From Candidatus Moraniibacteriota bacterium (lineage in GTDB: Bacteria > Patescibacteriota > Minisyncoccia > Moranbacterales > GCA-2747515): a stretch of DNA of 64,000 bases. The DNA lies in the NCBI GenBank assembly GCA_027031495.1, contig JALVQA010000006.1, positions 81,535-145,534 on the forward strand, read 5' to 3'. Shown piece after piece: positions 1 to 12,687 of this stretch. Every line of letters starts with the position of its first letter. Positions within the stretch are counted from its first letter, which is position 1. The notes beneath the pieces were generated by a model. That model did no database searches, was not told the origin of the DNA, and was given only the letters and a program-made list of their open reading frames with translations. The translations under genes were made by a program, and so were the position numbers.

Positions 1-1
1 G

Positions 2-460
2 GTGGTAACCACACGTCGTGATGATGGTGCTGTTCTCTTTACACATCGTGGCGATCTTGCAGCGATTGCTTTCTATGACGGTGACAACGCAACTGTCATG
101 CCGGCAAATGCTGTGAGTTTTGCATTACAACGTTTTCTTGATAATCGCTCACAGAACGTTATTGATCTTGGGATTACATATAAATCTGTTGACGGTGATG
201 TGCATAAAAAAGGTATTCACGAAAATAGTGTTATAATAGAGACAGTCAATGCTATAAATATGCTGGCTGGTGTGCAAAGCGGTGATTACATTACAAAAAT
301 TGATGGCGAAGAACTTTCTTTTTCTCGCACACTTCCTGTTATCATTGACGAAAAGCGCAACGTGAAGAAAGTTGATGTCACAATTGTGCGTGATGGTATT
401 GATATGATTATTCCTCTTACAATACAAGAAAAAACGCATAATTTGACACCGCGTAAATGA
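2..460 (+). CDS. C-terminal part of a PDZ-domain (HtrA/DegP-like) protein, truncated by the window edge
   Basis: AGVQSGDYITKIDGE...VTIVRDG is a PDZ-domain pattern; ORF starts at the window edge. Confidence 0.6.
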   Translation: MVTTRRDDGAVLFTHRGDLAAIAFYDGDNATVMPANAVSFALQRFLDNRSQNVIDLGITYKSVDGDVHKKGIHENSVIIETVNAINMLAGVQSGDYITKIDGEELSFSRTLPVIIDEKRNVKKVDVTIVRDGIDMIIPLTIQEKTHNLTPRK

Positions 461-502
461 ACGTGGTAGTGTATAATATTGTAGAATTCAACATTTAGCT
501 CT

Positions 503-2059
503 ATGGCAGAAATCAAACCAGATATAGAAACATTTGCACGTATTAAAGTTGTTGGCGTCGGTGGCTCCGGTAATAATGCTGTAACACGCATGGTTGAAGA
601 GAAAGTTGGTGGTGTTGAGTTTGTTTCCATTAATACTGATGCGCAGGCGCTTCATAATTCAAAAGCATCGGAAAAGATTCACATTGGCAAAAATCTGACA
701 AAAGGTCTTGGTGCTGGTATGAATCCTGAAGTTGGGCGACAGGCGGCAGAAGAGAATCGTGACGAAATTCAGGATGTGCTCAAAGGTGCTGATATGGTGT
801 TTATCACGTGTGGTATGGGTGGTGGTACCGGCAGTGGTGCAGCGCCGATTGTTGCTGAAGTTGCCAAAGAATCCGGAGCGTTGACAATTGCTGTTGTGAC
901 AAAGCCATTCATGTTTGAAGGCATGCAGCGCAAGCGCATCGCTGATGAGGCAATTGAGAACATGCGTGAGCGTGTTGATACATTGATTGCCATTCCTAAT
1001 GATAAATTGCTTAATATTATTGATCGCAAAACATCACTTGTTAATGCTTTTAAGATTGTAGATGATGTATTGCGTCAAGGCGTGCAAGGCATTTCTGATC
1101 TGATCACAAAGCCTGGTATTGTCAATGTTGACTTTGCTGATGTGCGCGCCGTGATGGCTGATAGTGGTAGCGCGTTGATGGGTATTGGCGTCTCAAGTGG
1201 CGAGGAACGTGCAATAGAGGCTGCGCGCGCAGCTATTAACTCACCGCTTCTTGAACTTTCTATTGATGGTGCGCGCGGTGTTCTCTTTAATGTGAGTGGT
1301 GGCAGTGATCTAACGATGATGGAGATTTCTGAAGCTGCCAACATTATCACGGAATCTATTGATCCTGATGCACGTGTTATCTTTGGTGCGACACCTGATG
1401 ACACTGTTAGAAAAGGTGAGATCCGCGTCACTGTTATCGCTACGGGGTTTGATGATCGCGGCACGTTCGCATCAACGGAACAGAGATTGTCACACATTGC
1501 ACTTAAGAGATCAGCGCAAAATTCAAATACGCGCAACGTTTCCGTGCAACAAGCAGTACAGCAAAGTGCATCATCTGGCGTGCATGAAAAGGAAAGTGTT
1601 GCCACAGGCGGCGGTGATAGTATAGGTTTTGCGTCATCGCCTCAAAAGATATCACAACAACCGCCTGCACCGCAACAGGAGCAGCAACGTTCACCGCAAC
1701 CACAGTCACAGGTGTCGCAGACACAGCAAGAACGCCTATCTGATGATGCGCAACAAGCACTATCCAAAAAGCCTGCAAGCATTGCACAAAATGATGGCTT
1801 TGTGCATCGTGCGGTACAGACAGCATCACCGGACATCAATGAGAGCATGTCTGTGTCAGATGAGAAAGATAGTCGTGATGATGATGGTTCTGCAACACCA
1901 CTTTTGCAACGTATGACGTTTCCGCGTCGTAAAAAAGCACTTGAACCGGAAATTATTATCAATGAACGTGTTGAAGAAGCGCCTATAAAGGATGATGCAC
2001 TTCCTGATGAGGATGAGTTTGAGATTCCTGCATTTATTCGCCGCAAACTTGGAAAATAG
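503..2059 (+). CDS. ftsZ: Cell division protein FtsZ with long Q/S-rich linker
   Basis: GGGTGSG tubulin signature, [17 protein letters not shown]-terminal EIPAFIRR peptide. Confidence 0.99.
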   Translation: MAEIKPDIETFARIKVVGVGGSGNNAVTRMVEEKVGGVEFVSINTDAQALHNSKASEKIHIGKNLTKGLGAGMNPEVGRQAAEENRDEIQDVLKGADMVFITCGMGGGTGSGAAPIVAEVAKESGALTIAVVTKPFMFEGMQRKRIADEAIENMRERVDTLIAIPNDKLLNIIDRKTSLVNAFKIVDDVLRQGVQGISDLITKPGIVNVDFADVRAVMADSGSALMGIGVSSGEERAIEAARAAINSPLLELSIDGARGVLFNVSGGSDLTMMEISEAANIITESIDPDARVIFGATPDDTVRKGEIRVTVIATGFDDRGTFASTEQRLSHIALKRSAQNSNTRNVSVQQAVQQSASSGVHEKESVATGGGDSIGFASSPQKISQQPPAPQQEQQRSPQPQSQVSQTQQERLSDDAQQALSKKPASIAQNDGFVHRAVQTASPDINESMSVSDEKDSRDDDGSATPLLQRMTFPRRKKALEPEIIINERVEEAPIKDDALPDEDEFEIPAFIRRKLGK

Positions 2060-2142
2060 ATTTTTTGATAAAAAACATCTGCGTTGTAGGTGTTTTTTAT
2101 GTGATGCATTTTTAGTATCTAATTTTTTGAATTTGTATTCTT

Positions 2143-2373
2143 ATGAGGATTATTGCCTCCGTCGTGACACGTGCACGTTCAGTGTCTGTAGAAAAAATGG
2201 CAGATGGTATGTATAAGGTGCGTGTGCGCGCCGTGCCGGAGAAGGGACGAGCGAATGATGCCGTCTGTGTGGCGCTTGCAGAATATTTTGGCATAACACC
2301 AAGCGCCGTACATATTGTTGCCGGTGCGACGACGCGCAAAAAAATGATTGATATTGATGGTATTGATGCATAA
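2143..2373 (+). CDS. DUF167/YggU family protein
   Basis: VRVRAVPEKGRANDAV...LAEYFG...IVAGATTRKK pattern. Confidence 0.85.
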   Translation: MRIIASVVTRARSVSVEKMADGMYKVRVRAVPEKGRANDAVCVALAEYFGITPSAVHIVAGATTRKKMIDIDGIDA

Positions 2374-3886
2374 ACACGTTTTCTTTGTTGGTTTCATAGG
2401 TGCGTTTCTTTGTGGTATCGTTGTGGCTGTTTTTGTGCCACAGTGGGCGTGGCTTGTTGCAAGTTTATGCGGTGTGTGTGCGCTTTTTTATATTCTTTTT
2501 GCGCCACGTTTTTATATCGGTTTATATGTTGGCGTTCTTATTATCGGTTGCTTTATCGGGGTTGCACGTGGTAAATCTGCCTATGAATCAGCGCATGCAC
2601 CTCGCATATATGACAATACGTCAGTTACGGTTTATGGCGTTGTCCTAAATGACCCTGTGGAGAGCGCATACAGCAAGCGAGCAATTATTGGTGTGCGTTC
2701 GTGTTCAACAGGGCAACATGCTCCCATCTGTGCTGTAGATAAGATTCTCGTACGCACACACCTCTATGAAAATACTCTCTCTGCACGCAGTGGTGTAAAA
2801 TTTTCATGTACACTTAAGCGTATCAAAAATTTTACGCAGGATTTTGATTACATAATGTACCTTGCTGCAAAAGGTGTGTTTTACGAATGTGTTCCCAGTG
2901 ATATAGTGGCGTGGGAGAGTACGCGTCTTAGTGATCGCTTCCATGCTCTTCTTGCGCGTGTGCGTTTGCATTTTGAGCGCGTTATTACGCACAATGTAGC
3001 GCATCCGCAGGCAGCGCTTGCTGCAGGACTCCTCTTTGGTGGCGACAAGCGTCTTAGTGAAGCGTGGCAGGATAATTTTTCTGCAACAGGCCTTACGCAC
3101 ATTGTGGCTGTAAGTGGTTATAATGTTACTGTCATTACACATGCACTTATCCTTTTTGGCATTTTTTGTGGCTTGTGGCGGTGGCAGGCACTATGGCTTG
3201 CGCTTGTTGGTGTTGTTATCTTTGTGTTAATGATTGGCGCGCCGACACCGGCAGTGCGTGCTGGCATTATGGGCATAATTGTGCTTTTGCTAATGTATAG
3301 CGGACGTGTGAGTGCGGCATTTTCATCTCTTCTTCTTTCCGCTGCCATTATGCTTTTTGTTAACCCTCTTCTTGTTCGCTATGACATAGGTTTCCAATTA
3401 TCGTTCCTTGCAACATGTGGCATTATTACGATTTATCCGTTATTTGAGCGTATAAATATACGACGGAATGCCGCATTTGGCATGTGGGATATTATTTTTG
3501 CAACAGTAAGCGCGCAATTGCTCGTCGTACCGATTATTGCTTATCATTTTCACGTGTTCACGCCACTTTCACTTATAGCAAATGTACTTGTTTTGCCACT
3601 TATTCCTGTTGCAATGGCGCTGACATCCGGCATGCTTCTTGCAAGTATGCTAAGTCCCCTCATTACACTTTGGAGTGGATGGTTTATCAGTATTCTTCTT
3701 GCATGGGTTTTTGGTGTTGTTCATTTTTTTGCACATGTGCCATATGCACAGATAAAAATAGAAACCGTGCCACCATTTTTGCTTGTACTATGGTATGGTG
3801 GAATGAGCATATTTATTTTGCTCGATAGATGCAATCAATATAAGTGTACACACAAAGAGAGAAAGAATATATGCGAAAAGGTATAG
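2366..3886 (+). CDS. comEC: ComEC/Rec2 competence protein, membrane domain
   Basis: TGLTHIVAVSGYN, PAVRAGIM and DIGFQLSFLAT motifs; many TM segments; start placed at ATG 2366. Confidence 0.93.
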   Translation: MHKHVFFVGFIGAFLCGIVVAVFVPQWAWLVASLCGVCALFYILFAPRFYIGLYVGVLIIGCFIGVARGKSAYESAHAPRIYDNTSVTVYGVVLNDPVESAYSKRAIIGVRSCSTGQHAPICAVDKILVRTHLYENTLSARSGVKFSCTLKRIKNFTQDFDYIMYLAAKGVFYECVPSDIVAWESTRLSDRFHALLARVRLHFERVITHNVAHPQAALAAGLLFGGDKRLSEAWQDNFSATGLTHIVAVSGYNVTVITHALILFGIFCGLWRWQALWLALVGVVIFVLMIGAPTPAVRAGIMGIIVLLLMYSGRVSAAFSSLLLSAAIMLFVNPLLVRYDIGFQLSFLATCGIITIYPLFERINIRRNAAFGMWDIIFATVSAQLLVVPIIAYHFHVFTPLSLIANVLVLPLIPVAMALTSGMLLASMLSPLITLWSGWFISILLAWVFGVVHFFAHVPYAQIKIETVPPFLLVLWYGGMSIFILLDRCNQYKCTHKERKNICEKV

Positions 3887-4731
3887 TATTCATTATTGGC
3901 GCAGCAGTGCTTTTATCTTTTGTTATCGCAATTGTTGCGATAGCTGCAGAACAGACACGACAGACGCGTGTTATCTTTCTCGATGTTGGGCAAGGTGATG
4001 CGATTCTCATTACACGTGGAACACAGCAGGTTTTAATTGACGGCGGTGCTGATCGTCGCGTGCTTCTTGAAAAACTTGGGCGCTATATGCCGTTTTGGGA
4101 CAGAACAGTTGATGTACTGATTGCAACACATCCAGATGCCGACCACATCGCTGCACAGGTTGGCGTATTTGATGCATACTATGTTGGTGCTGTTATCGCA
4201 ACCGATGCTTTTAAGAAATCACGTGTCGCTACGGCGTGGCACAGCGCGTTGGAGAAGAGTCGTGCACGTGTCATTATGGCGAACGAATCTGTTCGTATAC
4301 ATATGAAGAAAGATGACGAGAAGGCTGGTGTTATGCGTGTACTTTTTCCGCGTGTAGCGACAGATGTGCCGGCGATAAAAGATGTTAATGATACAAGTAT
4401 TGTAACGTTGCTAACAGTCGGTAAAACAACATTTCTTATGATGGGTGATCTATCACAAAAGCAAGAACGCAATATTAATCCAGGTCCGGTAAGTGTTCTA
4501 AAGGTTGGCCACCATGGCTCAAAGACATCAAGTAGTGAAGAGTTTATTGCGCGTGTGCATCCACATGATGCAATTGTTTCTGTCGGCGTGCACAATCGCT
4601 ACGGACATCCGGCGCAAGATGTTCTTGCACGCCTTAAAAAGTATGGCGCACATATCATACGCACAGATAAGCAAGGTGATATTGTTTATATGTGTTTTTT
4701 TGAAAAAAATGATGTGTGTGAGCGGTTATAA
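3871..4731 (+). CDS. ComEC metallo-beta-lactamase-fold domain encoded as a separate gene
   Basis: FLDVGQGDA, THPDADH, LKVGHHGSKTSS, NRYGHP, RTDKQG motifs. Confidence 0.92.
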   Translation: MRKGIVFIIGAAVLLSFVIAIVAIAAEQTRQTRVIFLDVGQGDAILITRGTQQVLIDGGADRRVLLEKLGRYMPFWDRTVDVLIATHPDADHIAAQVGVFDAYYVGAVIATDAFKKSRVATAWHSALEKSRARVIMANESVRIHMKKDDEKAGVMRVLFPRVATDVPAIKDVNDTSIVTLLTVGKTTFLMMGDLSQKQERNINPGPVSVLKVGHHGSKTSSSEEFIARVHPHDAIVSVGVHNRYGHPAQDVLARLKKYGAHIIRTDKQGDIVYMCFFEKNDVCERL

Positions 4732-5275
4732 TTATTTTTAGAGAGTGCTCTTGACAACGTACAAAGTAGTGTTAGTATAAATATGGAGTTGACAGAGAAT
4801 GTTGTATTGGAATGAGTTTTTTAAGGGGTTGACAAGGAAAAAAACTTTGCTACAATACGTAGTGCAGTGTATAGATATGTCGATTGTTTGACGATCTATT
4901 CTGCTCTACAGAGGAAGGAGAATGAAATTACATTCTTGTACATCATGAGTTGTGATGTGTTGGGATGTGTTTTTATTCACTCTGTAAGAATAGGAACACA
5001 GTAGAACATTGACAATGTGATTACGTTTATTCAAGAAATGATAACCTTCTGAGGTTAGTCTTGAGACTAAGAGCGAGGACCTATTCTCTTGTTGCATTTT
5101 CTTTTGGAAAATGCGGTGTTCCCCTACATCTCTTTATCTGCATCAGATAGAGAATGTTGTTTCTTACCAAGCGATAGGAAACATCTTACAATAAGTGTAA
5201 GAAGGGATTCGCGTATCCGTAGGCATCTTTGTCTGTGTATTGTGGAAGCGAGCAATACACCGTGTACGGTCGCTT

Positions 5276-6863
<1,588 letters not shown>

Positions 6864-6994
6864 CTAGGGAGTTATGGTAGTACGACTCGTCGCACGACGA
6901 GTTAGTCAAACCGAACGGTCGCTTAATCTACTATTTGTAGTGGATTAAATCCTCCTCTTAGATGAGAGACTAACCTCAAAAGATTTGTGATTTC

Positions 6995-7034
6995 TTGAAC
7001 AAAAAACCGGCATTTTGCCGGTTTTTTTGTTCAA
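6995..7034 (+). terminator. Intrinsic terminator after 16S rRNA
   Basis: AAAAAACCGGCA-TTT-TGCCGGTTTTTTT hairpin with U-tract. Confidence 0.85.
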
Positions 7035-7178
7035 AGTGTTGTTGTTTGCTAGTTACATATAATTAATTTGCATGAAATATTGTGATGGTGTATTATTATA
7101 GTGCGATATAGATATTGTGTTATTCAATATCAGATTAGCAATTATATTTTTATTAGAAATAATAAATCAAAAAGACCT

Positions 7179-8219
7179 ATGAATACCGAAGAAAAACCTA
7201 CAAAAGATGAACGTGTAAAAAAGGTTATCACATTTGCTCTGGTCGTTGCAATTGGCGCTCTTGGTGTTTTGTATTATACGAAGAAACAAGATGTTAAAAA
7301 TCAAGTGGCGCAACAATCTAGTCAAGAACAAAGTGCGAGTGATGTAGATACCACCTTTATCCAATCTGTTGGCATTATTCAGAGCAAGTATCTGGATGAT
7401 GCTGATTTCCAGAAATACATTAATGATGAGATTAATGATCTCATTCACATTCAGCGAAAAGATATCATTGATGATGCTTTCAAGGTTGTTTTATACACGC
7501 AAAAAGCACTTAATGCGCTTGACAAGAGAGACAAGGATGCTGCGCAAAAAGAAATTGAAACAGCCCTCGGTAAGCTAGATGCTACGTTGGCGTTGGAGCC
7601 AAATGCCACACTTTTGCCTGTTGCAGTTAATGGTGAGGTGAACAATATTGTATCTTTTGATAAGGTGGCAGTAGAAGGTGTGAAGCAGAATGCACAGCAA
7701 GCATTGACACGTGGTGATGTACAACTTGCGCGAACACTTCTGGAAGGTCTTCAGAGTGATATTACGCTGGTAGTTGCCAACATTCCTCTCGCCGCACATG
7801 GTGTTGCGTTGCGTGATGCGCTGAGGGCGCTTGATGTTGATAATTATGATACAGCAAAAGCTGTACTCTATACGGCTATGACAACGCTTGTGGAGATACG
7901 TAAAGTAGTACCAATTCCACTTCTTAATGCTGAATTGCTGATCAAAAAGTCACAAGAAAAACTCAATGCAAAAGAAAAAGTGACGATTGTACATGGCATG
8001 CTTAGCGAAGCGAGAAAGCAAATTGAAATGGCACAAGTTCTTGGTTATGGCTTCTTGAACCAAAAGGAGTATGCTGATATCTACAAAGCTGTTGTCGCAC
8101 TTGAGAAGAAGATTGATGCGAAGGAAAGCACAGATGAGTCATACAAGGAACTCAAGGATGCTGTAAAGAGTTTGCGTGACAAAATCATGGCAAAGGATAG
8201 TGAAAAAAAGCAGAAATAG
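7179..8219 (+). CDS. YfdX-like helical protein with N-terminal membrane anchor
   Basis: ALGKLD...PNATLLPVAV and VVPIPLLNAE patterns recall YfdX; one TM helix; terminator at about 8238-8268. Confidence 0.6.
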   Translation: MNTEEKPTKDERVKKVITFALVVAIGALGVLYYTKKQDVKNQVAQQSSQEQSASDVDTTFIQSVGIIQSKYLDDADFQKYINDEINDLIHIQRKDIIDDAFKVVLYTQKALNALDKRDKDAAQKEIETALGKLDATLALEPNATLLPVAVNGEVNNIVSFDKVAVEGVKQNAQQALTRGDVQLARTLLEGLQSDITLVVANIPLAAHGVALRDALRALDVDNYDTAKAVLYTAMTTLVEIRKVVPIPLLNAELLIKKSQEKLNAKEKVTIVHGMLSEARKQIEMAQVLGYGFLNQKEYADIYKAVVALEKKIDAKESTDESYKELKDAVKSLRDKIMAKDSEKKQK

Positions 8220-8361
8220 TAACTCTCTTGCACTTTGAAAAAACCGCCATTGCAAGGGCGGTTTTTTTCATTTAATGATATACAACTACCATGCCATAGA
8301 CATCTGCATACTGATGTGTTATACATAAAACACGTTCATTGTTAAAAGAAGGAGAGTATAG

Positions 8362-8724
8362 ATGCTCAGTAATCTTTTTGTTAGATATCTTTATCTTGCA
8401 TCTTTTTGTCTTACAGTTGTTGCCATGCTTATAGCCGTTCCAATTGTGGAAATAAAAAAAACACATGGCATTGATGCTGATACATACAGAGTAAATGGCA
8501 TGTTTATTATTTTTGTTATGTTGGCAGTTTTCTCATTTTTACTTGCATCATGTGGTAATGATGTTATCGCGGATATTCTAGCAATGCCATATGCATGGGG
8601 CGTAAAGATGCTTGCTTTTTGCTGTATTTCTTATATGTTGTTAGTTGCAGCAAGCCTTGCGGGCGTTATCGCCATGCTTTCATTGAGAGGACTCATAGTA
8701 CTGGCGCGAAAAATAGGAGAGTAA
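8362..8724 (+). CDS. Hypothetical membrane protein
   Basis: AGGAG RBS; three hydrophobic segments. Confidence 0.6.
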   Translation: MLSNLFVRYLYLASFCLTVVAMLIAVPIVEIKKTHGIDADTYRVNGMFIIFVMLAVFSFLLASCGNDVIADILAMPYAWGVKMLAFCCISYMLLVAASLAGVIAMLSLRGLIVLARKIGE

Positions 8725-8817
8725 ACAGAAAATACTTAGTCGGCATGTAACATCATGCCGATTTTTTTAACTTTACGAGAAGTATATAAGAGTGCTGTAA
8801 TTTATCGGTGGATGGTG

Positions 8818-9342
8818 CTATTTCTTTTTTGTGATGCGACTGGCAGCAGACGCGGTGCGCTCAACGACATGCTCCAGCGGGCGTGTTACCTTTTCTATGA
8901 GTGTATTTTTGTCAGCAAATGTTGGGTTGTGTGCAAGTTGACGTTGATTTTCACGACGCATGTGATAGAGTTTGAGCATTTTAAGCGAAATAACAATGCG
9001 CAAAAACGCGAGGTTAAAAAGCGTTGGCGCCAAGAGTGATACAATAACGAGGAGTTGGATGAGTGGGTAGAGTGTAAAGAGTTTTTTGTCTGGTATATAT
9101 GTATAATAGAGGCGTAGAAGAAATTCTATAAGAAAGAGAATACCAAAAAATACTTCAATTGCGTGGATTGTATGTCGCGTTTCTTTGTAAAGAAAAAGCC
9201 ATTCAAAATCCTCCATAATGACAAGTGCTGTAACAAAGAGCAGGAAGGTATTGAGAATGAGGAGAATTTCATTGAGACGAAAGTTTTCATAGTTACCCTC
9301 GTCAAAGGAACGATCAATTGTGTGGAGAATTTTTTTTAACAT
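8818..9342 (-). CDS. Ion-transport (voltage-sensor-like) membrane protein without pore domain
   Basis: IEVFFGILFLIEFLLRLY (S2-like) and FLRIVISLKMLKL (S4-like). Confidence 0.65.
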   Translation of the reverse strand: MLKKILHTIDRSFDEGNYENFRLNEILLILNTFLLFVTALVIMEDFEWLFLYKETRHTIHAIEVFFGILFLIEFLLRLYYTYIPDKKLFTLYPLIQLLVIVSLLAPTLFNLAFLRIVISLKMLKLYHMRRENQRQLAHNPTFADKNTLIEKVTRPLEHVVERTASAASRITKKK

Positions 9343-9421
9343 ACGCGTGGTTTATCATAAATTCTTTACTCGTAGCAGTAAATATGCAAAGATGGAAACA
9401 TATTTATAATAACATTATACT

Positions 9422-10687
9422 ATGATTGATCCACTAAAAGCGGAAATTATGGCGCCGGCCGGCAGTTATGAGAGTTTGCGCGCGGCGATTGATGCTGGCG
9501 CTGACAGTGTATACTTTGGCGTTACGCAACTAAATATGCGCGCTAAGGCGGCAGCGAATTTTACACTCGCAGACCTCGCACAGATTACACAGATTTGTCA
9601 CGACAATGGTGTTTTAGCATATTTGGCAGTTAACACACTTTTGTATGATCATGATATTACAATCATGAAAAAACTTGTTGATGCGGCGAAGGCGCATGGT
9701 GTTGATGCAATCATTGCGTTTGATTTCGCAACGATCAACTACTGCAATGAGATTGGTATACCGGTGCACATGAGTGTGCAGTTTAGTATTTCTAACTATG
9801 AAACGGTCAAATTTTTTGCCAAGATGACCAATCGTGTTGTACTAGCGCGTGAGCTCACGTTAGATCAGATAAAAGAAATTGCCACAAAAATTCGCGAAGA
9901 GCAGCTTATGGGCAATGAGGGGCGCTTGATGGAGATTGAGGCATTTATTCACGGCGCGCTCTGTGTGGCGCAAAGTGGACGGTGCTATATGTCGCTGTAC
10001 ACGGACAATGCCAGCGCCAACCGTGGTGCGTGTCGCCAAAATTGTCGTCGTAAGTACAAAGTGACCGATGTGGAAACGGGCAAAGAACTTGTCATTGATA
10101 ATCGCTATGTAATGAGTGCGGCGGATATTTGCACGATTGATTTTTTGGATAAAATCCTAGACAGTGGCGTTCAAGTGCTTAAAATTGAGGGACGCGGTCG
10201 TTCACCGGAGTATGTTGCAACAGTTGTGCGCGCCTACAAGAATGCGCTCAAAGATATTGCTGCTGGCACATACACGCCGGAGCGCATTAGGGAATACTAT
10301 GCACAGTTGAAAACAGTTTTTAATCGCGGTCTCTCAAAGGGGAACTACTACCTTGGCAAAGAAATTGGCGCGTATAGCGATACATATGGCTCAAAGGCAA
10401 CAGAAGAAAAAGAGTACATTGCGCGTGTTACACATTACTTTCCACGTGCCGGTGTAGCGGAAATTACATTGGATAGTGGTGAGTTGAAAGTGGGTGATGA
10501 TATCTTTGTTATCGGCGCGACAACAGGTGTTTTGCGCACAACGATAAAAGAGATTCGTACAAATGATGAGAAGAGTGTAAAGAGTGTACATAAAGGTGCT
10601 GTCGCAACGTTTTCTGTGCCACGTCGCGTACGTCTTAATGACAAAGTTTATGTCATTAAAAAGAGGGAGGTGCTACAGGAGGCGTAA
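9422..10687 (+). CDS. Peptidase U32 family protein (TrhP/RlhA-like RNA hydroxylase family)
   Basis: EIMAPAG, GADSVYFG, HGALCVAQSGRC, NRGACRQNCR, LKIEGR. Confidence 0.93.
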   Translation: MIDPLKAEIMAPAGSYESLRAAIDAGADSVYFGVTQLNMRAKAAANFTLADLAQITQICHDNGVLAYLAVNTLLYDHDITIMKKLVDAAKAHGVDAIIAFDFATINYCNEIGIPVHMSVQFSISNYETVKFFAKMTNRVVLARELTLDQIKEIATKIREEQLMGNEGRLMEIEAFIHGALCVAQSGRCYMSLYTDNASANRGACRQNCRRKYKVTDVETGKELVIDNRYVMSAADICTIDFLDKILDSGVQVLKIEGRGRSPEYVATVVRAYKNALKDIAAGTYTPERIREYYAQLKTVFNRGLSKGNYYLGKEIGAYSDTYGSKATEEKEYIARVTHYFPRAGVAEITLDSGELKVGDDIFVIGATTGVLRTTIKEIRTNDEKSVKSVHKGAVATFSVPRRVRLNDKVYVIKKREVLQEA

Positions 10688-10749
10688 TATTGACAGGTTT
10701 GTGCAATCTGCTTATAATAGGCAGTAGTTACATTAAGTGTAATGCGCAA

Positions 10750-10823
10750 CGCGGGGTAGAGCAGTCTGGCAGCTCATCTGGCTCATAACCAGAAGGTCGC
10801 AGGTTCAAATCCTGCCCCCGCTA
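10750..10823 (+). tRNA. tRNA-fMet (CAT), initiator
   Basis: CGCGGGG acceptor with C1 mismatch, CTCATAA loop, GGTTCAAATCC T-arm; CCA not encoded. Confidence 0.93.
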
Positions 10824-10917
10824 CACGTTTGAATGAGAGATTGAGTAGGTGGGTTGTGTGAGTGTTTTTTATCTCACATTTTTCGTCTCTCTTTCTTTTT
10901 GTTTCAAATAGATAATA

Positions 10918-10964
10918 GCCAAGAGTAGCTCAGTTCACGGTAGGACTACAGCGAGCACAGGACT
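10918..10964 (+). pseudogene. Degenerate 5' tRNA fragment resembling the downstream tRNA(CAT)
   Basis: GCCAAGAGTAGCTCAGTT...GAGCACAGGACT mirrors GCCAGGGTAGCTCAGTT...GAGCACAGGACT at 11019; no anticodon or T-arm follows. Confidence 0.55.
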
Positions 10965-11018
10965 GTGCGACTTCCGGCAGTTAAAATATGTCTGGTAAGA
11001 CAATAAACATACACATCG

Positions 11019-11092
11019 GCCAGGGTAGCTCAGTTGGTTAGAGCACAGGACTCATAAGCCTGCGGTCGTGAGTTCGAATCTCACCCCTGGTA
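11019..11092 (+). tRNA. tRNA with CAT anticodon (elongator Met, or Ile2)
   Basis: Cloverleaf, CTCATAA loop, GTTCGAATC T-loop. Confidence 0.92.
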
Positions 11093-11148
11093 CATGCTTG
11101 CGCTTTTTTGCGCGATAGCATACAATACATGACGTATGGTTGTATATT

Positions 11149-11222
11149 GGGGGCGTAGCTCAGCTGGTTAGAGCGTCTGCCTGTCACGCAGAAGGTCGCC
11201 GGTTCGAACCCGGTCGTCCCCG
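11149..11222 (+). tRNA. tRNA-Asp (GTC)
   Basis: Cloverleaf, CTGTCAC loop, GGTTCGAACCC, G discriminator. Confidence 0.95.
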
Positions 11223-11374
11223 CAGAAGCATAAAAACACGTAAATTTCTACGTGTTTTTTTGTATGTCGCTATCAGTATTTATGTGTATATGTGTTACTA
11301 TCAAATTTGACAAATTTGTTGCAGTAATGTACTGTACGTGTGCGCAATGTCGCGCGAGAAAACAGGAGCTTAAA

Positions 11375-12406
11375 ATGCTTTTTATTCTATTCTTCGGTAT
11401 TTTTCTTTTTTCCCTCTCATATTTTCTTCTTTTCGCAATGAAAAAAAAGAGGGAGTTAGCTACGTGCGATGACTGCCTGAATATAGAGGGAGCATACTCA
11501 TTCGCGAGATTTGGCGCATGGGTATCTAGTGGTCTTCTTATATTTACAGTCCTGTGGTCGTCCGTTACATTTGTCTCGCCTGGATCAGTAAAGGTACTTG
11601 GTACCTTTGGTCGCGTAGACGTGGACGATATGCCCCTGCCTGAGGGGGCGCATCTAAAGCTCCCATGGCAGGCGACGCAGGAGATGTCTGTGCGGCAGCA
11701 GACCTTTAATAGGAGCGCTGCGAATGGCAATCAGCTAGAAATGGTAGTCGGTGATGGCGTAACGCTAAAGGCCGATGTATCATTTTACTGGCTGCTTAAC
11801 CCGGTGGGTGCCGCCTGGGTTTACCAAAGGTTCGGCAGTAATTATGCTGAACACCTACAGATTCCGTCGGCTGCGAGCGCAATCCGTGACGTTGTCGGAT
11901 CAGTAGATGACTGGCTAACCGTTGTCACGGATAAAGCGCGCATTGAAGAAAGGATTACAGCGCGCTTCGAAGAGCTTGTTGTTAGCAAGCTCATGGCTGC
12001 TGATATTGCGACAGATGTCGCAAAGTTTGCATTCACTTTTCCGAAAATGGATATTCGGAGAGTAACGCCACCAAAGGCGATCAAAACAGCTATTGCTAGC
12101 AAGAAGGCTGCGCAACAGCAGCTTGAGCGCCAAAAGACGGAAATTGAAATTGCCCAGCGGAAGGCACAAAAAGGCCGAGCAGAGGGGGAGAGGGTTAGAA
12201 ATATGCTTCTCGGTCTTTTCAAATTACCGAGTGGCGCACAATTGCCGGAGAGCGTTAATCCAGAAAGCATTGCTACCCTCATGTATGCGCTGGCAAAAAA
12301 GCAAGAGGCTCTTGCTATAATGCACGCGGTAGAGGGTGGTGATGCACTTAGTCTAACTGTTGTATCTTCTTCGCAACAACCAATAGCGATTGGTGCTACA
12401 AAATAA
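11375..12406 (+). CDS. SPFH/prohibitin (band 7) membrane protein
   Basis: Two TM helices, then FVSPGSVKVLGTFGRV...EGAHLKLPW and AIASKKAAQQQLE coiled coil; AGGAG RBS before 11375. Confidence 0.85.
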   Translation: MLFILFFGIFLFSLSYFLLFAMKKKRELATCDDCLNIEGAYSFARFGAWVSSGLLIFTVLWSSVTFVSPGSVKVLGTFGRVDVDDMPLPEGAHLKLPWQATQEMSVRQQTFNRSAANGNQLEMVVGDGVTLKADVSFYWLLNPVGAAWVYQRFGSNYAEHLQIPSAASAIRDVVGSVDDWLTVVTDKARIEERITARFEELVVSKLMAADIATDVAKFAFTFPKMDIRRVTPPKAIKTAIASKKAAQQQLERQKTEIEIAQRKAQKGRAEGERVRNMLLGLFKLPSGAQLPESVNPESIATLMYALAKKQEALAIMHAVEGGDALSLTVVSSSQQPIAIGATK

Positions 12407-12687
12407 AAGTTTTTGAATTTGCCCGTACGCAATGCGTACGGGTTTTTGTTTTGAGAGTGTGATAAAGCAAATAGAAACTATCATGGAAAGTTTCTATATG
12501 GTACACTATACACAATATGTTCTTAAAGAGATAAGCACTGTTGTTTCTGCATATGTAGTGACTAATTCCCAATTGTCAGAGAGTGTTGCAAATATCACAA
12601 ACAATGGCGTTTACTGGTGCTTTAAATATTTGATACCTTGCCTAAAAATATGCGAGTGAAGATGTTAATGCATATAATGATGAAATA

